Of a DNA stretch of 64,000 nucleotides, positions 41,201-51,546 are shown piece after piece. The notes beneath the pieces were generated by a model. It searched no databases. It was given only the letters and a program-made list of their open reading frames with translations, and was not told the origin of the DNA. Made by a program: the position numbers and the translations under genes. Origin of the DNA: Candidatus Cloacimonadales bacterium. Lineage in GTDB: Bacteria; Cloacimonadota; Cloacimonadia; Cloacimonadales; JAIOQZ01. The stretch covers positions 2,528,001 through 2,592,000 of the forward strand of contig OY762463.1 of the NCBI GenBank assembly GCA_963665815.1, in the 5' to 3' direction. The stretch's first letter is position 1; the number at the start of each line of letters is the position of its first letter.

Positions 41201-43191
41201 AATATGTTCTTTTTGTTTATTTTAACATCAAGAGTTTCTTTGTTAAATCTGCTGCCGTTACATTCCGGGCAAGTATAAGACACATTACCGGAAAAATGCA
41301 TTCCAATCTCTTTTATACCTGCACCTTCACATGCTTCGCAGCGTCCACCTTTTACATTGAATGAAAATCTATTATTTTTGTAGCCTCTTTCTTTGGCAAG
41401 AGCCTGAGATGCAAAGACTGCTCTGATACGATCAAACACTTTTGTGTATGTTGCAGGGTTACTTCTCGGAGTTTTACCAATTGGTGACTGATCAATATCT
41501 ATTACCTTATCGAGATTCTCCCAGCCTTCTATTGTGCTGAATCTGCCGGGGATATCTTTTGATTTATGCAGTCTGTTTCTTAGGAATCTGGCAGTAATCT
41601 GTTCAGTCAAAGTCGATTTACCTGCTCCCGAAACACCGCAGACCACATTAATGCAGCCCAGCTTGAACTCTACATCTATGTTTTTCAGATTGTTTTCTGT
41701 TGCTCCATAGATAATTAAAGACTTACCTGAACCGACTCTGTTTGCAGATAATTGCGAAAAATCCTGTTCTTCGGCTATATACTTCCAGGTTTGACTCGCT
41801 ATGACTTGCTTCTGCTGAAAATCCTGTGTTTCCCCGCAATAAAGGAGTTCTCCACCTTCTGTTCCGGCTTTTGGTCCTATATCTATCAGCCATTCTGAGT
41901 TCTTTATAAAATCCTCGTCATGCTCTACAATGAGAAGAGTGTTCCCTTTGTTTTTAAGTGATTTCAGTGATTCCAGTAATGCGAGATTGTGTTTTGGATG
42001 CAGACCGATTGAAGGTTCATCAAGAACATACAGAATATTCCTGAGATTGCTCATGGTTTGCACTGCCAGCCTGATTCTCTGTGCTTCTCCACCGGATAAA
42101 GATGTTGATGTCCTGTTCAGAGAGAGATAATCCAGTCCAAGCTGAGATAAAACTCTGATCCGCTCCTGTATCTCATTTACTATCGGCTGTACGATTATTG
42201 TTTCGGATGTATTATTGAGATATAAACGTAGAAAATCAGATACATCTCTCAGAGTCAAAGATGATACCTGAGCAATGTTTTTATTCTCAATTGTTACAGA
42301 AAGAGCTGTTTTGTTAAGTCTTGATCCATGGCAGCTACTGCAGGGAACAGATCTGGCAAATCTTAAAATATTTCCGTTTCTGTCACGTCTGAGGATATCT
42401 TCCATGATGTTCATGATACCGGGATAATAACCTTCTTCACGAGGTTTTGCAGTAATTCCGCTCCATTTGAGTCTGCTTTCCAGAGTATGTTTACCGAATG
42501 GTACTTTGAGCATATCTGATCCTCTCAGGATAATTGTTTTCTGCTCATCTGTCATATCCTGCCAGGGAATATCTACCGAAAATCCATGTGCTTCACAGAC
42601 AGTGTTCAATACGTCCATGGTGACTTGAGAATATACGATATATCCTGATGGCGTTGTCATTACAAAAGCACCCTCACGGACAGTTTTCTCAGGATCAGCT
42701 ATCAGCAGTCCAGGATCAATAATATCCTCTACACCAAGTCCCTTGCATACCGGGCAGGCACCTTTGGGGGAGTTGAACGAGAAAAGCGATCTGTCAACGG
42801 CAGGTCCGGAGTAATCGGTAGGTACAGTACCGGTTCTGGCATAAAGCAGTCTGAGCAGATCATATATTTCGCTGAGTGTTCCAACGGTGGATCTGATGTT
42901 TCCTGTAGTGGTTTTCTGATCCAGAGCAATTGTCGGGAGCATACCGGAAATCCGTTCTGCTGATGGTTTGGCTGTTTTTCCCAAGAATGTTCTGGAGTAA
43001 CCGGAAAACGTCTGCATGTAGAGCCTTTGTCCTTCTTTGAAGACAGTATCAAAGGCCAGGGATGATTTACCGCTTCCCGAAACACCGGTCACGATGGTGA
43101 ATTTATCTTTTGGTATGGAAACGCTTATGTCTTTTAAGTTATGTTCTGCTGCTTTTTCTATGGTAATAAATTTATCTCTGGATTTTTTCAT
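38293..43191 (-). CDS. uvrA: Double-length class II UvrA-family ABC ATPase
   Basis: 1632 aa; four Walker A motifs (GVSGSGKS, GVSGAGKS, GISGSGKS, GVSGSGKS) and four LSGGE signatures; Zn-finger CxxC pairs. Confidence 0.93.
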   Translation of the reverse strand: MKKSRDKFITIEKAAEHNLKDISVSIPKDKFTIVTGVSGSGKSSLAFDTVFKEGQRLYMQTFSGYSRTFLGKTAKPSAERISGMLPTIALDQKTTTGNIRSTVGTLSEIYDLLRLLYARTGTVPTDYSGPAVDRSLFSFNSPKGACPVCKGLGVEDIIDPGLLIADPEKTVREGAFVMTTPSGYIVYSQVTMDVLNTVCEAHGFSVDIPWQDMTDEQKTIILRGSDMLKVPFGKHTLESRLKWSGITAKPREEGYYPGIMNIMEDILRRDRNGNILRFARSVPCSSCHGSRLNKTALSVTIENKNIAQVSSLTLRDVSDFLRLYLNNTSETIIVQPIVNEIQERIRVLSQLGLDYLSLNRTSTSLSGGEAQRIRLAVQTMSNLRNILYVLDEPSIGLHPKHNLALLESLKSLKNKGNTLLIVEHDEDFIKNSEWLIDIGPKAGTEGGELLYCGETQDFQQKQVIASQTWKYIAEEQDFSQLSANRVGSGKSLIIYGATENNLKNIDVEFKLGCINVVCGVSGAGKSTLTEQITARFLRNRLHKSKDIPGRFSTIEGWENLDKVIDIDQSPIGKTPRSNPATYTKVFDRIRAVFASQALAKERGYKNNRFSFNVKGGRCEACEGAGIKEIGMHFSGNVSYTCPECNGSRFNKETLDVKINKKNIFDVLEMTINEAVEFFSDNKKISHILNTLKNVGLGYLTLGQPSTTLSGGEAQRVKLASELCKPDTGSTLYILDEPTTGLHTYDVKVLLNALHKLADKGNTIIIIEHNPYVVYSGDHVIELGPGSGPSGGNVVFSGNPQDMLDSSASVFNSFTNSECNKVDFTGEELSDEIELNGVSTNNLKSISLKIPHNSLTVLTGISGSGKSSLLFDTIFAEAHRCFTESMSTYARRFLKNMAKPNAESITGLSPCIALKQSTDYNNPRSTVGTLTGIYDILRLMFARIGKSELNTAHENVLSSIFSFNDEKGACPVCKGLGFMNMADPDKIVTEPEKALISGAMDGSKTGKFYGDPYGQYVAILLQVGFEHQIDFSQIWSNLSNDAKDIAMYGTGSREYDVVWKYKRKNREGEHRMKTVWLGFTGYIAEEYERKHQDKRGNQMLDLFTEVECMHCDGSGLKQEGLSYIIDGKNIHDFASLSISELKLQLNEMLKFSSSYTIEEQAVIEKINPEMIEKLETIESTGLEYLSLSRRINSLSGGEFQRLRIAVQTNSELSGITYIFDEPTKGLHPADTDKLITTLKKLRDKGNTVIVSEHDRDVIENADRIIELGSGAGIYGGNLIANCSFEDLKANPDSKTGRYLNHEQSISIKRKHSDESALRITGARANNLKNIDIDIPKGLITVISGVSGSGKSSLMNDVIYDSYSMGKPQYADKVNGFENFSDVILSDQQQPGKSTNSVPATYTGLFDDIRKLFAKLPESVENGYRATHFSYVNKQGQCPNCKGSGRMKVSMDFLADVNLECDMCHGKRYKEEVLAIKLYGRSIHDVLELSVQQALEFFAEYKKISEVLNMLTEVGLGYIKLGQSLNTLSGGEVQRLKLCKNLLTDNKGEKLFLLDEPTTGLHLEDIERLLKLLEKLRDSGNTIVIIEHNTDVIRNADFVIDLGPVGGSKGGFVIATCIPEELKDVSESVTGRYI

Positions 43192-43314
43192 GTACCTATT
43201 TTTGCAGAATGGATAGAATGGGGCAAATGAAAAATAAATTCAAATCAGAATAAAATTTTCATAGACTGAAATATTAAATAGTTAAGATAAAAGATATTTT
43301 CAAGGAGGTAAATT

Positions 43315-44232
43315 TTGAGATCTATGTTATTTATTCCAGCTTTTGTTATTGCATCAATACTATATTGCATAGTTATGTTAAACTTTATCTACAAAGCAAT
43401 TATTAAACCAGAAGAAAAAAGATTTATCAGAATAAAACTGAAAAGATATTGGAGAAAGTTTCTTTCAAAAGATATCGAAGATCTTGGTCAGAAAATGATA
43501 TCTTCAACCCTATCATTGTTTAAAAGCTTATTCTTCAAAAGAGAATCTAAGATTATCAGATTTCTTTCAATTTTCGCATTCAGTTTTATGCTGACATCAA
43601 TTGCTTTAGTGCTGGGGAGGTATCTGGAAACTTATGATAGAAGATCATTTATTACTTGTATTGAAAAAGTATTATATGGACTAATACCTTTTAGAGGGGC
43701 ATATCAATCTCAATATGTACTACCTATAAATTTTGTTTTTGACTTTCTGACTATAATTGTAACGATAAAGATTCTTGAAAAACTAACTATAACAAAGAGT
43801 TTCTATATGAAAGCAATACTTGTTATTACAGATATTCTCTTCGCCTTTATATGCTCTTTATTTACAATGAGTTTTGTAAAATTTGCAACAAGAAATTTTC
43901 GTTATACTAGAATTGATGGAAGCAATTCATTCTTTGAATGTATTGTCAGTTCTTTTGAAAACTATGATAATCTCACGCACATGAATTTTCAATCAGTAGA
44001 TTTTGATGGTCTTCTTCTTGGTATCACTACATTTCTACCTACAATAGTTTATTTCATAATTTTGACTTTTTTACTAATCGTTTTGATTTCAGATAGAATA
44101 ACAAAAGGAATACTCAGAACAATAAATGAAAGAGTAAAAAGAAATATTGGTGAACTTTCCGGTTCTCAGCTATGTATATTTTTTGGAACTTTAGCTAATT
44201 TTATTGGATTTATTATAGCTTACTTTAAATAG
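43315..44232 (+). CDS. Hypothetical multi-pass membrane protein
   Basis: 305 aa, several hydrophobic segments, AGGAGG RBS. Confidence 0.7.
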   Translation: MRSMLFIPAFVIASILYCIVMLNFIYKAIIKPEEKRFIRIKLKRYWRKFLSKDIEDLGQKMISSTLSLFKSLFFKRESKIIRFLSIFAFSFMLTSIALVLGRYLETYDRRSFITCIEKVLYGLIPFRGAYQSQYVLPINFVFDFLTIIVTIKILEKLTITKSFYMKAILVITDILFAFICSLFTMSFVKFATRNFRYTRIDGSNSFFECIVSSFENYDNLTHMNFQSVDFDGLLLGITTFLPTIVYFIILTFLLIVLISDRITKGILRTINERVKRNIGELSGSQLCIFFGTLANFIGFIIAYFK

Positions 44233-44279
44233 AGTCATTTGAGGATTCCCTAATAATTTTTAAACTCAATCATCTAACC

Positions 44280-45446
44280 TCACTTCTTCCCATCAAAAGC
44301 ATTATCTGTTTCCTTACTGTATATTGTCATAATTCGGACACCTTTTTCATCTTCTGAAAACTTCATATAACCGAAGTACGTATCTGATTCAAAGATATCG
44401 AATGTTTTGGTGTATCTGTACATGTCAAAATCCGTAAGTTCATATACTTCACTGAAATGATGTTCTGTAATGTCTCCGGTAAAGTGCTGCCTGATTGTAT
44501 ATATCAGGTGATCATCAATAAACTCAAGATCATCGTGCAGAATATTATTGCGATCCATCACGCCAAACAATTTCATCGCTGTACTGTCTTTAAGATTAAA
44601 CTGAAAGCATAATTCGTTCTTCTCATCAGTGCCGTAAACAAAAAGAGCATCTTCGGTGCTACCTGTAACAGTAAACACTTTACCACACCATTCCGGCATA
44701 TAGTACGTATTTTCGACTGTTTTTGTATCTGGATTCAATATGGATATACTATTTTTCTCATCCTGAGACCTTTTCCCGAATACAAGCTTATCATCTATTT
44801 CCTTCAAACATGTTATTGAGATGTTATATGCCCATTTGTCTTTCAGGAAATCTTCGGAGTAAACTACAGTTTTTGATTCAGTTTCTCTACTGTATTCCAA
44901 TATTTGTAATTTTCTTCTTTCAAAATCAGGTTCCAGCCAGAAAGTATCATTCTTAACTAAAACAGGAAATGCTCCAAAATGCTTACAATTACCATCGTCA
45001 TTAAAGTTAATTTCACTGATTTTCTTTAAAACTGATTTTGCAATATCATACATGTAAACCTGAATTTTATACTTTTTGTCTCTTTTCTCACAAACATCAA
45101 ACACTATGAATTCATCATTATTATCAACTCTCCTGATTGATTGCGTATCTCTTTCAATTCTGAATATTTCTTTAGCAATTTTATGGCTATTCAGATCGTA
45201 TTCGATCAAAGCATCATTATTGCTTAAAAAATTCTCAGCGATGTAGAAGAGTTTTCCCTTTTCAAACAAAGCTTCTGAGAAAAGTATTCTGTACGGATTT
45301 GAATCTCCAAGGTCAAAATCCTGTTTTAAAACATAATCCCGGGGAATATTCTTGTCTTTATAATATCCGCTTGGATAAACTCGAGAGTACATACATCCGG
45401 ATAATATTAAAGCAAGTAATATACATATTATTAATATTCTCTTCAT
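44280..45446 (-). CDS. Hypothetical lipoprotein (beta-rich, possible propeller)
   Basis: Lipobox LSGC; GGAGG RBS. Confidence 0.7.
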   Translation of the reverse strand: MKRILIICILLALILSGCMYSRVYPSGYYKDKNIPRDYVLKQDFDLGDSNPYRILFSEALFEKGKLFYIAENFLSNNDALIEYDLNSHKIAKEIFRIERDTQSIRRVDNNDEFIVFDVCEKRDKKYKIQVYMYDIAKSVLKKISEINFNDDGNCKHFGAFPVLVKNDTFWLEPDFERRKLQILEYSRETESKTVVYSEDFLKDKWAYNISITCLKEIDDKLVFGKRSQDEKNSISILNPDTKTVENTYYMPEWCGKVFTVTGSTEDALFVYGTDEKNELCFQFNLKDSTAMKLFGVMDRNNILHDDLEFIDDHLIYTIRQHFTGDITEHHFSEVYELTDFDMYRYTKTFDIFESDTYFGYMKFSEDEKGVRIMTIYSKETDNAFDGKK

Positions 45447-45815
45447 ATCTCCTCCATAAGTAAAATATTTACCATGATAAACACAAAGTCAAGTATAGAT
45501 TTGGTATGGATATCATTAGCGAAATACAGAACAATATTATCAGTAACCAAATGATTTGTTTTCAGTTATTTTCTATAGAATTCTATCAATGATAATTTAT
45601 GCATAGATAATATATATTTTTTGAAACTTCAAAAAAACCGAGCCTATAAGATTTATAGGCAATCTTGTTGGGTTTTGTATTATGCAAAGCCCTCATTGAT
45701 TAAAAATAATTAGAAAACTTGCCAAAATTTCCATTACAGCTTTTTTGGAATATAATAGATAGTTTTGCATTATTATCTTAATGTTGCAAGGCTATCAGCA
45801 GTTTAAGGACACAAA

Positions 45816-46508
45816 ATGAATGCTGATAACATAATTATTAAGACAGAATCTTTGATAAAAGATTACGATATGGGCAAAATCAAAGTTAGAGCTCTGAACG
45901 GTATAGACCTGACAATCTCCAAAGGTGAATTTGTGGCGGTAATGGGACCTTCCGGTTCAGGTAAATCAACCCTGATGCATATCCTCGGATGTCTCGATAC
46001 ACCTACTCTGGGAAAGTTTTTTCTCGAAGAAGAAGAAATATCCAAACTCTCTAAATCCAAACTGGCTATGATCCGCAATAAAAAGATCGGATTTGTGTTC
46101 CAGACTTTCAATCTGCTGCCGCACATCAATATACTGAAGAACGTGGAACTGCCGTTGATGTATTCCGGTATCAGTGCAAAAGAAAGAAAGCAGAAAGCAT
46201 CGTATATTCTTGATCAGGTTGGACTCGGTAACAGACTTCGTCATAAACCTTCCGAACTCTCCGGTGGTCAGAGACAGAGAGTAGCTATTGCCAGGGCAAT
46301 TGTTAACGACCCATCTATAACTTTTGCTGATGAACCTACCGGAAACCTCGATACCGGATCAGGTCATGATATTTTACATTTATTTGAAGAGCTTCATAAA
46401 ATGGGTAACACAATTGTTATGGTTACTCACGATCCGGCAGTTGCTAAAAGAGCAAACCGGGTCATCAGAATTGTAGACGGGTTGATTTCAGATGGCGATA
46501 TCATTTAA
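45816..46508 (+). CDS. ABC transporter ATP-binding protein (MacB/LolD type)
   Basis: GPSGSGKS, LSGGQRQR and ADEPTGNLD motifs. Confidence 0.95.
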   Translation: MNADNIIIKTESLIKDYDMGKIKVRALNGIDLTISKGEFVAVMGPSGSGKSTLMHILGCLDTPTLGKFFLEEEEISKLSKSKLAMIRNKKIGFVFQTFNLLPHINILKNVELPLMYSGISAKERKQKASYILDQVGLGNRLRHKPSELSGGQRQRVAIARAIVNDPSITFADEPTGNLDTGSGHDILHLFEELHKMGNTIVMVTHDPAVAKRANRVIRIVDGLISDGDII

Positions 46509-47721
46509 CGAAAGTGTTTCAGTAGGATTCTCAGACATCTGGTCCAGAAAAGTCAGAAGTATTGTTACTCTGCTTGGTGTTTTACTGGGTACAATGTCAA
46601 TAATCGTTGTGATGGCACTTGTTAATGGCGTTCATAAGGAAACAATTCAATGGATGATGGAACGTGGAGGTCTGAACAGGGTCTTCATCAGAAGAAACTG
46701 GAGATATCAATCACCTACAAATCAAAGACGCCATTTTACATATCGCGAAGTTGAATTGATTAAATCTCTTTTACCGGAAGATGTGATATTCAATCCGGCA
46801 ATCAGACACTATGGCAGAACGAGCTATGGAAGAAACGAATACTGGTCAGGTATTCGTGGAGTACTTCCTGACTTTGCCCAGATAGAAGAATGGACTGCTG
46901 ACGAAGGGCGTTTTATAACAGATTATGATGTTAAAGAACGTAATGATGTGGTTGTTATCGGAACAACAATAAAAAAAGAAGTTTTCGGTAATACCGATCC
47001 TGTCGGTAAATATCTGACTATTAATGGTAAACGGTTGATGGTTATTGGAGTAATGCGTCATAGATTCATGACATCCATGATGGGAGGAAACTCCGGAGAA
47101 AACCAGCTTGAATACCTCAATCAGAGGTGCTTTATACCGCTTACAACAATGATATACAAGTTTAAAGGTGAGAACGAAATTGATAATATTGGTCTTAAAG
47201 CTCCAACAGTTGCCAAAGCTCTGGAACTATCTGATCAGGTAAACTCAATACTTTTGAACCTGAGGAGAAACGAACCCATTTTTTACGTTTCCTCGGCCAA
47301 AGAGCGAGCTGATGAAATGAAGAAAGATAATATCATATTCCAGCTTGTTTTTACTCTTATCAGCGGAATTTCTCTGCTGGTCGGTGGTATAGTTATTATG
47401 AATATCATGCTGGCAACAATTCAGGAGCGTACTCGGGAAATTGGTATCAGGCTTGCAGTTGGTGCCAGAAGAATAGATATTTTTATGCAATTCCTTATAC
47501 AGTCAATTCTGCTGACGGCTCTGGGTGGAATTCTCGGGATTGGAATTGGAGTATCAATACTTAAAACAGTGGGATCCTATATTCAGGTACCCACAGAAGC
47601 TTCTCTGAACATTATTCTGGTTGCACTGACAGTTTCTGTTGGTGTTGGCTTTGTATTCGGGATATTCCCGTCAATCATTGCCAGTAATCTGGATCCGGTA
47701 AAAGCACTGAGATATGAGTAG
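46492..47721 (+). CDS. ABC transporter permease (MacB/FtsX type)
   Basis: VGGIVIMNIML..ERTREIGIR.AVGA and LDPVKALRYE motifs. Confidence 0.93.
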   Translation: MAISFNESVSVGFSDIWSRKVRSIVTLLGVLLGTMSIIVVMALVNGVHKETIQWMMERGGLNRVFIRRNWRYQSPTNQRRHFTYREVELIKSLLPEDVIFNPAIRHYGRTSYGRNEYWSGIRGVLPDFAQIEEWTADEGRFITDYDVKERNDVVVIGTTIKKEVFGNTDPVGKYLTINGKRLMVIGVMRHRFMTSMMGGNSGENQLEYLNQRCFIPLTTMIYKFKGENEIDNIGLKAPTVAKALELSDQVNSILLNLRRNEPIFYVSSAKERADEMKKDNIIFQLVFTLISGISLLVGGIVIMNIMLATIQERTREIGIRLAVGARRIDIFMQFLIQSILLTALGGILGIGIGVSILKTVGSYIQVPTEASLNIILVALTVSVGVGFVFGIFPSIIASNLDPVKALRYE

Positions 47722-48730
47722 GCTTTTTGGTAAACTGCTGCTGAAAATTATCCCCGAAGAATCGAGGATACACAAATGTTTCAGGTCGGTTTCCCGTTTT
47801 CTGTCAATTTTCAAGAGAGTCTTTGATGAAAGATCCATCTACAAGGAATCCGCCGCACTTACATTTGTTACAATAATGGGATTCCTTCCATTTGTAACAT
47901 TCATTATCTATATGATCCCAAAGACATCTCTGATAGGGGAAAACAGTGCACTTAAGCAGATGCTTCTGTCTGTTTTCGTACCGGATTCTGCAGAGCAGGT
48001 TTCCATATATATGGAACAACTTATTAACAGACAATTGTCACTCAATCTGATCAGTATACTGATGATATTCATTACATCATTCTCATTGTTCAGAATAATA
48101 AATGATACTTTCGACAGGATACTGAATGTTCACGAGATAAAAGAGAAAGGGCTGATCAAGAACCTGTTGAAATTCTTCGGAATGATTTTATTCGGTTTCT
48201 TTATTCTGCTTCTGATATTCTCATCCCCGGCATTATCGCTTTTATCCAATATAATGGATAAGCCTTATCTTAATATTATTGCAAATTATTTCATACCATT
48301 CTTAATGCTGTTTTTTATAATTCTGCTGGTATTTATATTTGTACCTACAATCAGAATCAGAAATAAATCTTCGGTAATCGGAGCTGCAATATCTGCAGTT
48401 CTTTGGATTATTGTTAAGAACTTTTACTCCTGGTATGTGAGTAATGTTCTGTCCATGAAACTGATCTGGGGATTTCTGTCGTCTATCCCTGTAATGATTA
48501 TGTGGATTTACTTCAACTGGATGATTATCATGTCCGGTTTCATAATTGTTGCTATACTTGAAAACAGACACAATTCACCTGATAAAAAGAAAATAGTTTC
48601 TGATACGCTGACAATCACTCTTCACAGATGCGTTGAAGGATCTGATGAGGAAGAGGTCAGTGATATTCCTGAAAACGATCTGAGATCAATTATTAGAGAA
48701 ATTGTAAACGAAGGAAAGAAGAAAAAGTGA
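47714..48730 (+). CDS. YihY/virulence factor BrkB family membrane protein
   Basis: SAALTF...P and WIYFNW.I motifs. Confidence 0.85.
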   Translation: MSRLFGKLLLKIIPEESRIHKCFRSVSRFLSIFKRVFDERSIYKESAALTFVTIMGFLPFVTFIIYMIPKTSLIGENSALKQMLLSVFVPDSAEQVSIYMEQLINRQLSLNLISILMIFITSFSLFRIINDTFDRILNVHEIKEKGLIKNLLKFFGMILFGFFILLLIFSSPALSLLSNIMDKPYLNIIANYFIPFLMLFFIILLVFIFVPTIRIRNKSSVIGAAISAVLWIIVKNFYSWYVSNVLSMKLIWGFLSSIPVMIMWIYFNWMIIMSGFIIVAILENRHNSPDKKKIVSDTLTITLHRCVEGSDEEEVSDIPENDLRSIIREIVNEGKKKK

Positions 48731-49773
48731 GTTTTAGAGAAGTGCTCGTCATTGATAACGATACTGCAATGCTCAGTATTATCAGTGATGCGTTGACACT
48801 TCAGAATTATCATGTTCATGTTACAAACAATCCGCTCAAAGTAAAAGCAATTCTTCAGACTCTCAAAGTATCAACAATAATAATGGATATTAATATGCCT
48901 CAGATGAGTGGTCTGGAGGTTCTTGAAGATCTTCAGGTAGAGCATCCTGATATCCCAGTAATAATGATTACAGGCGATGCTGATTCTGATAACATTATGC
49001 AGTCATTCAAACTCGGAGCTTACGATTTTCTGAAAAAACCTTTCACAATGGATGAACTTGTAATATCTGTTTCAAAAGCACTGGAAAAGTTCCTTATGCA
49101 GAAAGAACTTAATGACTACCACGAACATCTCGAAGAAAAAATACTTCAGCAGACCAGTGAACTAAGATCTGCCAAGATCAAGATCGAAAAAAACCTGATG
49201 CAGACTATTCTGACTCTGGTCAATGTAATAGAAGCTAATGACGAATATACTAAAGGGCATTCGGAAAGAGTAACTATTCTGAGCCTGAAAATAGGCCATC
49301 AGCTTAATCTGTCTTACAACGAACTTCAGCATCTGCAGCTTGGAGCTATCCTGCATGATATTGGCAAAATCGGTATTGCAGACTCAATTTTGCGTAAACC
49401 GGAAAGATTATCTGAAACTGAATTCGAACTGATGAAGAAGCACCCTGAAATTGGTGTGAATGTAATATCACCTATTGATCTGCATGATGAAGTACTGAAG
49501 ATTATCCAGCAGCATCACGAAAAAATCAACGGAACAGGTTATCCTGATGGATTAAAAGAAGATCAGATTACAAACCTTACGAAAATAGTATCTGTAGCCG
49601 ATGCTTTTGATGCAATGACATCTGACCGACCTTACAGAAAAGGTATGGATAAGGACAAAGCACTTAAAGAAATAGTAAGATTCAGCGGGGTTTACTTCGA
49701 TCAATATGTTGTTGAAGCATTCGAAAACACTGATCTTGATACTGAATCTTCATTTTTACACAGCCGTACATAG
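48727..49773 (+). CDS. Response regulator with HD-GYP phosphodiesterase domain
   Basis: REC domain (DINMP); GHSERV, LHDIGK and HHEKINGTGYP motifs. Confidence 0.93.
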   Translation: MSFREVLVIDNDTAMLSIISDALTLQNYHVHVTNNPLKVKAILQTLKVSTIIMDINMPQMSGLEVLEDLQVEHPDIPVIMITGDADSDNIMQSFKLGAYDFLKKPFTMDELVISVSKALEKFLMQKELNDYHEHLEEKILQQTSELRSAKIKIEKNLMQTILTLVNVIEANDEYTKGHSERVTILSLKIGHQLNLSYNELQHLQLGAILHDIGKIGIADSILRKPERLSETEFELMKKHPEIGVNVISPIDLHDEVLKIIQQHHEKINGTGYPDGLKEDQITNLTKIVSVADAFDAMTSDRPYRKGMDKDKALKEIVRFSGVYFDQYVVEAFENTDLDTESSFLHSRT

Positions 49774-49804
49774 AAATTTATAACAAAAATAAAAGAGGAT
49801 TATA

Positions 49805-51346
49805 ATGAAAAAAGCCTTACTGAGTGTATCAGACAAGACTAACCTGCAGGAACTGGCAAAAAAGCTTGTTTCTCTTGGATATGACATCGTTTCTTCCGGA
49901 GGTACAGCAAAGTTTCTTGAAGATAATGACATTGAAGTAACCAGAGTAAGTGAAATAACAGATTTTCCGGAAATTATGAATGGCAGAGTTAAGACTCTTC
50001 ACCCAAAAATTCATGGTGGAATCCTGGCAGACAGAGATATTGAAGAACATCTTGAGCAAGCAAAAAAGCTTGATATCGACATGTTTGATTTCGTCGTTGT
50101 TAACCTTTATCCTTTTGCAGAAACTCTCAAAAATAACCGTGAAAATCATGCTCTTATTATTGAAAACATAGATATCGGTGGACCTACTCTGGTAAGATCT
50201 GCAGCTAAGAACTATAAGCATGTTGGTATAATAGTTGATCCGGCAGATTACGATTATATTGTTGCCGAACTTGAAGAAAACAAAGAACTGTCCTTTAAAA
50301 CAAGAACAGAACTTGCTTTGAAAGCATTCGAACACACTGCTGCATATGACTCTCTGATCAGCAGTTATTTCCAGAATATTACAGGAGTTAATCTTCCTGA
50401 GACTTACCTTGCAGCCGGCAATAAGCTTAATGATCTAAGATATGGTGAAAACCCTCATCAATCCGCAGCAATTTATAACGGAAATGAAGATATGCCGATT
50501 ACTCAGCATCACGGTAAACAGCTTTCCTATAACAACTATCTGGACATTGATTCTGCTCTGAGAGTACTCTATAAAATGAAAGATTATGACAAAACCGTAG
50601 TTGCTATACTCAAACACCTGAATCCATGCGGAATAGGATTGGGTGATACAATCACAGAAGCTTATGATAAAGCTTTTGCAACAGACACACTTTCTCCATT
50701 TGGCGGAATAGTTGTTACAAATAAGACTGTAGATCTTGAAGCTGCTGAAAAAATCAACTCCGTATTTACAGAAATCATCATTGCTCCGGATTATACTGAA
50801 GATGCAATGAAAAAGCTGAAACGTAAGAAAAACAGACGTCTAATCACCGTTGATATGGAAAAACTGAGCATAATGGAAAAACAGAAAAAGATAATAACAT
50901 GCATGAACGGTTATCTTGTACAGGATGCAGATTTAACTCCGGATAATGAAGAAAACTGGCAGGTTGTTACTGAAATCAAACCTGATAAGGAATATATGGA
51001 TGCTCTCAGATTCGGTTGGAAAACAGTATCTACATTGAAATCTAACGCAGTCTGTTTTACTACCCATGACAGAACTATCGGTCTTGGTATCGGTCAGACA
51101 AGCCGTATAGACTCAACAGAAATAGCTGTCAGCAAAGCAGGAAAATTCGGTCTTAAGCTTGAAGGATCAATCTGTGCTTCCGATGGTTTCTTCCCATTCA
51201 GAGACAGTGCAGATAAAATGGCAGAGCTTGGAATCAAAGGTATTATCCAGCCAGGCGGCTCCAATGGTGATGAAGAAGTGATAAAAGCCTGTAATGAACA
51301 CGGTATTTTCATGATCTTCACAGGTACACGTCATTTCAGGCATTAA
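49805..51346 (+). CDS. purH: Bifunctional AICAR transformylase/IMP cyclohydrolase
   Basis: ALLSVSDK, RVKTLHP, IDIGGP, LRYGENPHQ, SDGFFPF and TGTRHFRH motifs. Confidence 0.97.
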   Translation: MKKALLSVSDKTNLQELAKKLVSLGYDIVSSGGTAKFLEDNDIEVTRVSEITDFPEIMNGRVKTLHPKIHGGILADRDIEEHLEQAKKLDIDMFDFVVVNLYPFAETLKNNRENHALIIENIDIGGPTLVRSAAKNYKHVGIIVDPADYDYIVAELEENKELSFKTRTELALKAFEHTAAYDSLISSYFQNITGVNLPETYLAAGNKLNDLRYGENPHQSAAIYNGNEDMPITQHHGKQLSYNNYLDIDSALRVLYKMKDYDKTVVAILKHLNPCGIGLGDTITEAYDKAFATDTLSPFGGIVVTNKTVDLEAAEKINSVFTEIIIAPDYTEDAMKKLKRKKNRRLITVDMEKLSIMEKQKKIITCMNGYLVQDADLTPDNEENWQVVTEIKPDKEYMDALRFGWKTVSTLKSNAVCFTTHDRTIGLGIGQTSRIDSTEIAVSKAGKFGLKLEGSICASDGFFPFRDSADKMAELGIKGIIQPGGSNGDEEVIKACNEHGIFMIFTGTRHFRH

Positions 51347-51415
51347 GACTCAGTTATTTAATCCGATTAAAAATTTGTTTACAAAAAAAAACGATAAATC
51401 TTTTTAGGTTCACTC

Positions 51416-51501
51416 GGAGAGGTTGGAGAATTGGTACTCCGCTCGCCTGGAACGCGGGTATGCCTTCGGCTATGCAGGTTCGAGTCCTGTCCTCTCCGCC
51501 A
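51416..51501 (+). tRNA. tRNA-Ser(GGA)
   Basis: GGAGAGG/CCTCTCC acceptor stem, anticodon loop CT-GGA-AC, extra arm, GCAGG-TTCGAGT-CCTGT, G-CCA. Confidence 0.9.
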
Positions 51502-51546
51502 TAACCTTTTAAATCCATATATCATCCTCATCTAAACAATGCAATC

